DNA from: Candidatus Altimarinota bacterium
Lineage (GTDB): Bacteria; Patescibacteriota; Gracilibacteria; UBA4473
Length of the DNA stretch: 64,000 bases
Assembly: GCA_965231215.1 (NCBI GenBank)
Contig: OZ246423.1
Span: 320,001 to 384,000 of the forward strand
Direction of reading: 5' to 3'
This document shows positions 1-8,300 of this stretch, in pieces. A program made the position numbers and the translations under genes. The notes beneath the pieces are model-generated. The model was not told the DNA's origin and made no database searches. It was given only the letters and a program-made list of their open reading frames with translations. Each line of letters starts with the position of its first letter. Position 1 is the stretch's first letter.

Positions 1-1
1 C

Positions 2-3000
2 TGGCCAAAACTGAAAAAACGAGCTTTAGAGCGTCATAAAAAAGCTATGCTTGGGAATCCTGAAATCTGTTTCACTTTATGCAGGCTCAGCGAGCTTGGT
101 TTTGATATGGGGATGCTTCCTCAATCAAATAAAACAGCCGTACGTTTAAGAAATAATACTAAGTATTTACGGTCAGCCATGGATATGCAAACTATGCTGG
201 GAGAAAGAGAGGCCCCCATGTCGATTACTGATCTTATCGCTTTAGAAGGTAAAGATCCGGTAGTGGTAGAACGGTTTTTACGCCTAAAAGAGGTTGGCAT
301 CGCAACGCTTGACCCCTTTGTCTTAAGGCAAGCCGTAAAAATTGCCAGCGAAGAAGAGGGTACTGAAGATAAACTATGGGCTACCATAGAAGAAATTCGT
401 CGCATCGCCCCTCAAGTAAAAATTAATACTGTTTCTGGAGTCAGAAAGTTTGAGCGTACACCAGACGCTTTAACAGCATTAGAAAGACTGGCACAAATAG
501 ATGTTTCACTAGACTCAACTCTCATTGAAGAAGTTTGTAACTTAGTGTTAAATGTTGAAGAAGCACTCATTGGCTTAGGGCGTTTAGCAACAGTAGCTCC
601 TGGCATTAGGCCAGATCGTTTGGCCGCCGTTACGATTTTAGGAAAATCAGACAATGCTGATTACTTACCAGGTTTAAAAGCGGTTGGATATCCAATAGAC
701 GAAGATCACTTGCAGATCATTATTGATTGTGCTGACGCGCCAGAAAAAGTCTTGAAAGGAATAAAGTATATCAAAGGCCTCATTCCAAACCATGAATTTA
801 GAACACTTTCGTTCTATAAGAGCGAGTTTGACAGGCCTAGTATTGAAGCCGTATTAAAAGCCTCTGGTATGGCTTTGACGGAATTAAATGATGATAATTT
901 AGTAACCGTAATTACGGCTGCCCATAAAAGTGAAACTATTGCTAAACAAAGAAAAACTATTCTAACTATAGCTCCTGATTTTAGATTTGAGTTGAAAATG
1001 GGGGTTCATAACCAAGTAGAATTACCGTTTGATCAATATCTTAAAAGCCAGAACCTTAATATTGGTATTATAGACCATTTATATGGGGAAGATGTCGCGA
1101 CCCGTTTGGCAGCAGTCGAAATTTTGTCTTACGCCAGTTTTGACGATAAAGCAGAAGATGTAGTGAAAATGATTGAGGCACAGGGAGGTCAATTAAGGGG
1201 GTTGATAAGTGATAGTGATTCAGCAGAAAGAGAACAGATTGATTTGATTGATCAAGCTTTCAGCCGTTGTAATCCAAGGCTTAAACAACAATTGCAATTA
1301 TCATTACTCCTGAGTGTTAATCCCGAGCTCAGAGAGGCCATGGCTACCATTACCAGCAGTCCTGAAGCCATAATGGAAGCTCTGACTTTTATTGATAGGC
1401 GTAATGGAAGCGTTGAGTCTATTAAAACCGTTACCAAGGTATATCGAGGAACCGATCATAACGCTGATATTGCTCAGGTATTGTTTGATAGTTCAATTGC
1501 GGCTAATTCTGGTGTTTCGAATTCTTTAACGGTTGCTTCTATAGAGAGTGGGCAACACCATAACACAACGATTGTCGAAATTGATGGCACCCCCATTACA
1601 GAAATTGATCCTGATAGCTTGCAGCCTTTATTAAAAGATAACTTAGTGGCTCGTAATTTTGTAAATGGAACCAGAAAATTAAACATAAAAAGCTTGTCAA
1701 ATAAAGGTTTGCAAATGGTTGTTACTAGTCGCCTAAGAACTTGTATAAACCGCTCACAGGATCCTACTCACTGGCACATGGCTGATATGAGAAACCGAGC
1801 TCAAGCCGTTAGTAAAAACCTTGATCTTTCTGATGGACGGTATCTAGTGCATGCCACACAGACAGTAAACCTACCTCCAATTATGGAGTTGGGCAATCTG
1901 TGCGGTGAGGTGCTTGGTTTAAAGGCAAAAACCGACTCTTATCCTTTTTATGTCGACGGCTACACTACTAAAAGTGGCACTTTTAATAGCACCTACAATG
2001 GTGGTGAAATTAATTTAGTCTTTGGTAATAGTGAAGACTTATCTATTGAGGCAGGTATGCCAGGTATTTCCAAAGGTGGCATGGGCGATAACCACCTTTT
2101 GGTACTGATTGGAATTCCAATCACGAGTCTAAGGGCTATCAAGATAAAAGATGTTAAAAAAGATTTTGAGTTAGTTAAAGCACTAGTAATAGAACGAGGC
2201 TTCTACATTCCTATTTATGACGCTGCCGGTAACTTGTTATTTTCAGCTCAAGACTATGATCAAGCTTTGGCAGACCGAAACGTAAAACCAAATAATCACC
2301 CAACCTATTGGCAGCACATGCTAACTACCGGCTCACAAATGGGGCTTAACCCAGCAGACCAAATTATGCTGCCCTCACCTAATGGACCCGAAAAATACTA
2401 TGCTAAGTGGACAGAAATTACGGATGAAACCCTTTACACCAAGTTAGAAAATGAACGATTTTCTGAAGAGCTATACAGACTAGCTGGTGCCAGAGTACTT
2501 AGTAGTGAACTGGTCAGAGTTGGTACCCGAGTCGCCAAGTCTTCTCGCTGGATTAACGGTTTCACTCCGATTAAGGACGCTAAACAAAAAGCCGAATTTA
2601 ACGCTTTTGCGGTTATGGATATGTGGACAGCCAATTGGGACTTAATTGGCACCGCTGGAAATGTTATGCAATTATTTGATGATCCCGAAGCCATATACCG
2701 GATTGATCACGGTGGGAGCCTCGGTTTTAGGGCTAAAAACCATTCTGGATATAAAGGTCATGGTAGTCCTAATTTTGGACCTGCAGTTCATGAACTTAAA
2801 CCTGGTTCTGCTGCACAGCAATTTGGTAAAGATGGTATGCGACATCGCTATGATGTTTCGGATGAAGCACTAGCGGCTCAAGCCCAGAAATTATTGACAG
2901 ATTTTCCAGATAAAGTTATCAGAGATTTGGCAAACGAGTTCAGAATGCACCGCGAATACAGAGAGCTGGTTACTAAACGCCTGATAGAACGTCGCGATTA

Positions 3001-3025
3001 CATAGCCGAACAACTACTTAAATAA
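2..3025 (+). CDS. Large protein, probably 5'-truncated: helical N-terminus, putative ADP-ribosyltransferase-like middle domain, C-terminal PI3/4-kinase/HipA-like domain
   Basis: Frame is open from position 2 through the ATG at 47. YLVHAT...LPPIMELG resembles an ART H-x-T motif. YYAKW..ENE..MDMWTANWDLIGTAGN..RIDHGGSL match atypical kinase motifs. Confidence 0.55.
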   Translation, partial: WPKLKKRALERHKKAMLGNPEICFTLCRLSELGFDMGMLPQSNKTAVRLRNNTKYLRSAMDMQTMLGEREAPMSITDLIALEGKDPVVVERFLRLKEVGIATLDPFVLRQAVKIASEEEGTEDKLWATIEEIRRIAPQVKINTVSGVRKFERTPDALTALERLAQIDVSLDSTLIEEVCNLVLNVEEALIGLGRLATVAPGIRPDRLAAVTILGKSDNADYLPGLKAVGYPIDEDHLQIIIDCADAPEKVLKGIKYIKGLIPNHEFRTLSFYKSEFDRPSIEAVLKASGMALTELNDDNLVTVITAAHKSETIAKQRKTILTIAPDFRFELKMGVHNQVELPFDQYLKSQNLNIGIIDHLYGEDVATRLAAVEILSYASFDDKAEDVVKMIEAQGGQLRGLISDSDSAEREQIDLIDQAFSRCNPRLKQQLQLSLLLSVNPELREAMATITSSPEAIMEALTFIDRRNGSVESIKTVTKVYRGTDHNADIAQVLFDSSIAANSGVSNSLTVASIESGQHHNTTIVEIDGTPITEIDPDSLQPLLKDNLVARNFVNGTRKLNIKSLSNKGLQMVVTSRLRTCINRSQDPTHWHMADMRNRAQAVSKNLDLSDGRYLVHATQTVNLPPIMELGNLCGEVLGLKAKTDSYPFYVDGYTTKSGTFNSTYNGGEINLVFGNSEDLSIEAGMPGISKGGMGDNHLLVLIGIPITSLRAIKIKDVKKDFELVKALVIERGFYIPIYDAAGNLLFSAQDYDQALADRNVKPNNHPTYWQHMLTTGSQMGLNPADQIMLPSPNGPEKYYAKWTEITDETLYTKLENERFSEELYRLAGARVLSSELVRVGTRVAKSSRWINGFTPIKDAKQKAEFNAFAVMDMWTANWDLIGTAGNVMQLFDDPEAIYRIDHGGSLGFRAKNHSGYKGHGSPNFGPAVHELKPGSAAQQFGKDGMRHRYDVSDEALAAQAQKLLTDFPDKVIRDLANEFRMHREYRELVTKRLIERRDYIAEQLLK

Positions 3026-3041
3026 TTTAAACTTTCATTAC

Positions 3042-4265
3042 ATGAAAACCCCAACTATTATCGATCACTACGGTGACATTACGAATCCTGAATCTATGGA
3101 TATTGCCCCAGAAGCAATAGTAAACGCCGCTAACACTGGCTTGAGAGGTGGTGGTGGAGTTGATGGAGCTATTCACCGTGCGGCAGGGTACGAAGCATTA
3201 CAGGCTGAATGTGCTACCGTTCGTGAAGGCTTACCAAACCAACAGCTAGCTGTGGGAGAAGCGGTTGTTACCGGAGCTTGTGCACTTACCCAATTTGGCA
3301 TTAGTTATATTATTCATACGGTTGGTCCAGACTGCAGACTGAATGAACAAGCTGCACGAAAAGCCGAATTGCTGACTAATGCTTATACCAATAGCTTAAA
3401 ACAAGCCGTTAACCGCGGAGCAAAAACTATAGCCATCCCCGGCATTAGTACTGGTGTATATGGATATGATGCCGATGAAGCGGAAGATGTGTCACGTGCC
3501 GCTATAGAACAATTTTTTGCTAACGGGCATGATAAAGGCATTTTGCAAGAAGTTCACCGTGTGTTTTTTCCTGGATTTAAAAAAGAAGTTTTAGCCGTAG
3601 ATGACAGATCGATTGAAGTCGCCTTACACCCGCAGCTAGGTGCCGACACCATTACCATTATGATGGGAGGCCTAAACGGTCATGTTGATGGCTGGATGCA
3701 CAAAAATACAAAAGTTGCAGAGTTGTTACGTCGACAGGCTAATACCGCTGTTGTAAGAGCAGGTGGACCACAGGCAGAGGGCGGTGTTGAAGATCCACAC
3801 ATCATGCAGCAAGCTCGAGCACTGATTAAAAAAAGTATCGCTCAGGCAGAAGCTTTAACGGGTAAACCCGCCAGTGAACTTACCTTTCAGGTTTCCGGTT
3901 ATTCGGCTGGTGGTTCTGGCATGGCGGCGGTAGCGCATGAATTTCCACAAATTAAAAAAATGTTGTTGGTTGCCCCCTCGGTAAATGCCGGAGATAAAAA
4001 TGTTAAGCAAGGGCTTATGAAATTTAGAGGAAATGTGGCCATTACGGTTGGAAAAGAAGATGAGCTGGCAAAGTATGCTGAAAAGTTAATCGCTCATACT
4101 GAAGGAAGAACTCTCCCAATTCACTTTCAAGAACTTTCTAACGTGGACCACAGATTTACTGGGGTTCGTGGAGGTGAACTATTCTCCGCCTCATTTTTAT
4201 GGGGACTCGATAACCAAGGAGAGCATTTAGAAAGCAGCCAGCGTGGCATTAAGCTCTACAATTAG
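3042..4265 (+). CDS. Macrodomain (MacroD/YmdB-like ADP-ribose hydrolase) fused to an alpha/beta-hydrolase
   Basis: GDIT, AIVNAANTGLRGGGGVDGAIHRAAG, IIHTVGP, PGISTGVYG; C-terminal GYSAGG nucleophile elbow and a late DH. Confidence 0.85.
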   Translation: MKTPTIIDHYGDITNPESMDIAPEAIVNAANTGLRGGGGVDGAIHRAAGYEALQAECATVREGLPNQQLAVGEAVVTGACALTQFGISYIIHTVGPDCRLNEQAARKAELLTNAYTNSLKQAVNRGAKTIAIPGISTGVYGYDADEAEDVSRAAIEQFFANGHDKGILQEVHRVFFPGFKKEVLAVDDRSIEVALHPQLGADTITIMMGGLNGHVDGWMHKNTKVAELLRRQANTAVVRAGGPQAEGGVEDPHIMQQARALIKKSIAQAEALTGKPASELTFQVSGYSAGGSGMAAVAHEFPQIKKMLLVAPSVNAGDKNVKQGLMKFRGNVAITVGKEDELAKYAEKLIAHTEGRTLPIHFQELSNVDHRFTGVRGGELFSASFLWGLDNQGEHLESSQRGIKLYN

Positions 4266-4717
4266 ATGGAGATAGGTGAGCCATTATTGCATCCAAAAAA
4301 TCCACGAATGGAATTTCGTGTCGAAGATAATACTCGATTCGATACAGCAGGTGGCTAATGCCGTTATTAATGGTATAAAAACAAGAATTTGCTTTCACAT
4401 TACAGTTGGATTTGAAGAAGCTTTTGTTCCAGCAGATGAAAATACTCTTTTTCAAGCACCAAAATTTAATACCCCGTTTAAGTTAAATACGGTGCATTAA
4501 AGAAAAGCTGCTCTTAGCTCACCTCCACCCCAAGTGCGTGGGAATACGACCCTAAAAGTACTTTTACAGATATCTAAAGGCCCAAGCACGCCAAAAATCC
4601 GACATTACCTTCTACATAGGTATGTGGGAATTGGCTGTACTTAAAGTATCAATTGGCTGCGAACGATTGACCATATTAGAACCTTTTACCAAAACTTGGA
4701 GTAATCATTAAGAACTC

Positions 4718-5776
4718 CTAAAAACCCAATCTTTCTAGCTCTGCTAAGTGTGGTTTTAGATCTTGATGATCAGGTATATAATTTCTGTCGATTAGAGGGT
4801 TTTGTCGACATCTTGGATCAGCTTCTCTTCGGTTATATTCTGTCCAATAATCTTCAACTATCTCTGGGTACTTGGTTTTTAGTATTTGAAGGAAGCGAAC
4901 CATCGTTGGTAGTGCTATCTTATTTCGCTCAATATTTTGCTTGTCAGCTTGTTCTTGATAGTCATCAGCATTGTAATCGAGCCTTGGCCAGTCTCGTTCA
5001 GTAAGAGCTAATCTTAACCCCATTACGATATCTCCAATTGATGAAGCTCCATTTGATAAATGAAAGTCTAAAATATTAAATCCTTGTTCTGGATCGTACA
5101 TAAAATTGGAAGGTTTTGGGTCAATAGTTATTCCATTTTCGTGTAACTCCAGCACCGTATCAATAAGCTGAGTAATATGTTCATCAGAGTACTCGATTGG
5201 CTCTTCTGGAGGAATTTGTGTTACATCTCTTCCAGACAGAAGTTCCATTATTACACAACTATCATCAAAAGAATAAGCTACAAGCTGTGCTGTATGCTCA
5301 ATCCCCTTTGCCTGTCTAAGTGGTTTCGTTTCAAAATTTGCTTGTGTCAAATTTCGAGAAAATTTAGCGGCGTATTTCTTTCCATTGACCTCAATTATGT
5401 ATGCACTTCCGTTGCTCCCAGACCCTAGGTATTCTGGAAGAGCTTTGGGGTCATCTGTACTGGCTAAATTTTGCTTTAATCGTTCAATTACAGGCCTAAA
5501 GGAGGTATTATAAAGCTCCGCGTTAGCATGTCGAAATTCCAACTCATCTTTGGGGGCATTTCGAATAGCCTCAGTATATTTTTTGCGGTTTTCTGTGATG
5601 ACTGTAGCTAGTTCTTCTGGAACATCTGATAACTCATCTAGATTTGTAATTTTGGAAAGCCTCGCACTATTGCCGAGCAATAATTTTTGTTCATCAGAAA
5701 ATTCTTTAACACCAGTATCAGCAAAAAATTCAGCTTGAGCCTGGAGTTCTTCGGGAGACTTTTGTCTTATTTTCAT
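4718..5776 (-). CDS. Protein kinase-like protein
   Basis: YLGSGSNGSAY glycine loop, YAAKF, IMELL, IDPKPSNF catalytic loop, ILDF. Start moved to ATG 5776, which follows TGnTATAAT by 6 nt. Confidence 0.75.
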   Translation of the reverse strand: MKIRQKSPEELQAQAEFFADTGVKEFSDEQKLLLGNSARLSKITNLDELSDVPEELATVITENRKKYTEAIRNAPKDELEFRHANAELYNTSFRPVIERLKQNLASTDDPKALPEYLGSGSNGSAYIIEVNGKKYAAKFSRNLTQANFETKPLRQAKGIEHTAQLVAYSFDDSCVIMELLSGRDVTQIPPEEPIEYSDEHITQLIDTVLELHENGITIDPKPSNFMYDPEQGFNILDFHLSNGASSIGDIVMGLRLALTERDWPRLDYNADDYQEQADKQNIERNKIALPTMVRFLQILKTKYPEIVEDYWTEYNRREADPRCRQNPLIDRNYIPDHQDLKPHLAELERLGF

Positions 5777-5812
5777 TAGTATATTATAGCATTTTTTTAA
5801 AACAAAAACAAT

Positions 5813-5845
5813 ATGCACTAAGTAGCTGCAATCTACTTAGTGTAT
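5813..5845 (-). terminator. Hairpin, probable terminator of the minus-strand gene ending at 5870
   Basis: CACTAAGTAG (5816-5825) / CTACTTAGTG (5833-5842) 10-bp stem, followed on the minus strand by a T-rich run. Confidence 0.5.
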
Positions 5846-5869
5846 TAGAGCCTAATAAAGCAAAAAATG

Positions 5870-6166
5870 TTAGTTTACTAAGTTATACTCTTCCATCTCA
5901 CCATACACTTCCGAAATTTCAGTATTGAGTTGTTTTATATACTCTTTGGCTACCTGTGAAAAAAGATCTGCTTCAACATTTTCAAGTTCAATTTTAAACA
6001 CACCATCTTTTAATAGAGTTATTAGTTGATTGAATGCATTCTTTACCATAATTGGTTTGTCTTCACAGATTGGAATTCTAACTTGAGTGTCATCATCGTA
6101 TACTATTACGATTACTCTTTTATCATCAATATTTTCGACAGTTGCTTTAAGCGTTTTCATTACCAT
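5870..6166 (-). CDS. Small acidic hypothetical protein coupled to the ATPase remnant
   Basis: ORF overlaps the stop of the upstream ATPase fragment; protein-like composition. Confidence 0.55.
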   Translation of the reverse strand: MVMKTLKATVENIDDKRVIVIVYDDDTQVRIPICEDKPIMVKNAFNQLITLLKDGVFKIELENVEADLFSQVAKEYIKQLNTEISEVYGEMEEYNLVN

Positions 6167-6460
6167 AGATTTTACTTCTTTCTCCAAATGCTTCAACACC
6201 ACCTTCAAGTGTTTTCATGCTGATCTTTTTCCAGTCAATTTTTAACGATTCATCTTCTGTATTAACAAGACTGTTTGAAAAAGGATTTCCAATAAAAGTC
6301 TTATAACCTTCTGGACCATGACTTCTATATACCGAGTTATATGGTAAGGTTCTTACAGCAATATTTGCATCATGAGTTGAGATAAAAATTTTTTTACCTG
6401 CTTTGGCTAGCTCTTTGATTATTGGAGCGATAATTTTATAGAATACCTCATTCCCGAAGA
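6147..6460 (-). pseudogene. C-terminal remnant of an ABC-type ATPase
   Basis: GNE..KKIFISTHDANIAV H-loop is present; Walker A and B are absent; the upstream part of the listed ORF is antisense to other fragments. Confidence 0.65.
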
Positions 6461-6469
6461 CAAAAGGTA

Positions 6470-6700
6470 TATATCCTTCAACTTTTCTCGAACAGAAAAC
6501 GGATAAAAGGTCGGACAAGTGTCCAATCACTTTATTTACTTGATAAAGACCCCCTGCACGTATGGAGGCTTTCGGTATTGGTTCATATGTCCAAAATGCA
6601 CAAACAGGTGCTGTATCGTTTATAAATTGCATGGAGGTTTCGCGTGTAGGAAATGCCAAAATCTGTGTTATCAACTTCAAAAAGAGTGGGGCTACTTCAA
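6470..6700 (+). pseudogene. Zn-ribbon protein fragment of a type seen in integrative elements
   Basis: TPCTYGGFRYWFICPKC...FACRKCQNLCY; in-frame TAA at 6504 just upstream. Confidence 0.55.
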
Positions 6701-6915
6701 GCTGTTTGGGAAGCTGTTCTACAAAAGGAAATATTGCACTCAACACAAAACTTATTAGAACGCCAAAAGACTGTATTCAGTATGTAATTGTGCACGAATT
6801 ATGCCATCTTTTGGAACATAACCACAGCAAGGAGTTTTACAGACTCCAACAAAAGCATTTCCCACTTTGGGAAAAAGCAAAAAAGAAACTGGAGATGTTC
6901 AGTTTCGAGATTTGA
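6700..6915 (+). pseudogene. C-terminal fragment of an M48/YgjP (DUF45) metallopeptidase-like protein
   Basis: GSCSTKGNIALNTKLI..CIQYVIVHELCHLLEHNHSKEF (HExxH); the N-terminal half is missing. Confidence 0.75.
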
Positions 6916-6961
6916 TATTTAGTCCTCTGTAAAAATAACATTTTTTGACTATACTCTAAAT

Positions 6962-8290
6962 ATGTTAAATCAATCTTTTTCTGCAGAAAATTTTCGTAAA
7001 ATATTCGATATCGAAAATAGAAAAGGAGTTAATCTTGATGTTTTTTTCCCAAAAACAAGAAAGTTCACCGAAAAAATAAAATCATGTAATGAAGAAATAA
7101 GAAAAGCTAAAAGGCTAAAAAAGACAAAGGATGAAATAAAAAAATTGTATGAACAAAAGGCAGGATTTAGAAAAAAGAGAGAAACAGAATTAGATAAAGA
7201 ATTAGAAAAAGTATCAAAAAAATGTTTAGAAAAAAACTTCAGAATAAAACTCAATCAAGTTTTAATACCCAGCAAAAAGACTCTTTATACAGTACAAGAT
7301 CTCCCAAAATATTATTTTGCAGTTAAGCAAATTCAGCATAATCTTTCCCGATTATATAAAGTGAAGCAATCTGATAGAAGTGCCATTATGAGTAACTTTT
7401 TAACATTACTTAATGATGGTTTTCCTAAAGTTGTTATAAGGACTGATATTAGCGAATGCTACGAAAGTATTCCTCATGAGAAACTGCTAAAGAAAATAGA
7501 TGAGGATGGCTTGCTTGCATTTTTTTCCAAGAAAATAATTAAACAACTTCTATTTGATTACAAAAAAGCAGCAAAATCAAAAAAAGGTGTGCCACGAGGC
7601 ATCGGAGTCAGTGCCTCATTATCGGAGATTTATTTAAGAAAAATAGACATGGAAATTAAGAATATTCCTGGGCTCATTTACTACGCAAGATATGTTGATG
7701 ATATTGTAGCAATATTTTGCCCATCTAATGGGGAAACCGAAGACGAATATGGACAAAGCAAATTAAAATTAGTTAAAGAAAGCATTAAAAGTGCAGGATT
7801 AAAAGTGAATACAAAAAAAACAAAGTGTTTTCATTTGCTTGAAAACGACTATGAGACTGTAGATATAGATTATTTAGGATACGCTATAGAACTTAAATCA
7901 GGAGATCTCACGATTTCTTTAACAAAAAATAAAATTGATAAATATAAAAAGAAAATCGATTTAATATTTGATGCATATAAATTCAATAAGATAAATGACG
8001 AAAAATCCGCTAGAAAAATATTCGTTAAAAGAGTTCGTTTTATAACAGGGAACACTCGATTAAAAAATAACAAGAAAAATATATTAGTTGGAATTTATTA
8101 CTCTAATAAGCATTTATCTTCTTTGAAATCTCTAAAAATATTGGATGAATACTTAGAAAGAAAAGTCAGTACGTTACCAGATACTCTAAAAGATAGAATC
8201 AAAGACTATAAATTTTCAACAGGGTTTGAAACAAGACGTTTCTCTCCATTTACCAGTACCCAATTAAAGAATATAGTTTCTATTTTTTAA
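6962..8290 (+). CDS. drt3a: Defence-associated reverse transcriptase Drt3a (UG3)
   Basis: N-terminal MLNQSFSAENFRKIFD.ENRKG; RT motifs RTDISECYESI, GVPRGIGVS, YARYVDD, YLGY; tandem with a second RT. Confidence 0.9.
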   Translation: MLNQSFSAENFRKIFDIENRKGVNLDVFFPKTRKFTEKIKSCNEEIRKAKRLKKTKDEIKKLYEQKAGFRKKRETELDKELEKVSKKCLEKNFRIKLNQVLIPSKKTLYTVQDLPKYYFAVKQIQHNLSRLYKVKQSDRSAIMSNFLTLLNDGFPKVVIRTDISECYESIPHEKLLKKIDEDGLLAFFSKKIIKQLLFDYKKAAKSKKGVPRGIGVSASLSEIYLRKIDMEIKNIPGLIYYARYVDDIVAIFCPSNGETEDEYGQSKLKLVKESIKSAGLKVNTKKTKCFHLLENDYETVDIDYLGYAIELKSGDLTISLTKNKIDKYKKKIDLIFDAYKFNKINDEKSARKIFVKRVRFITGNTRLKNNKKNILVGIYYSNKHLSSLKSLKILDEYLERKVSTLPDTLKDRIKDYKFSTGFETRRFSPFTSTQLKNIVSIF

Positions 8291-8300
8291 GGCATTTAGA

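Noticed and set aside
4249-4500. Short ORFs after the macrodomain gene, possibly one frameshifted gene starting at 4266
   Set aside because: No recognisable motif; cannot be supported.
6147-6915. ORF-track proteins of 199 aa (-) and 117 aa (+) as real full-length genes
   Set aside because: Their N-terminal parts are antisense or out-of-frame read-through of neighbouring fragments.
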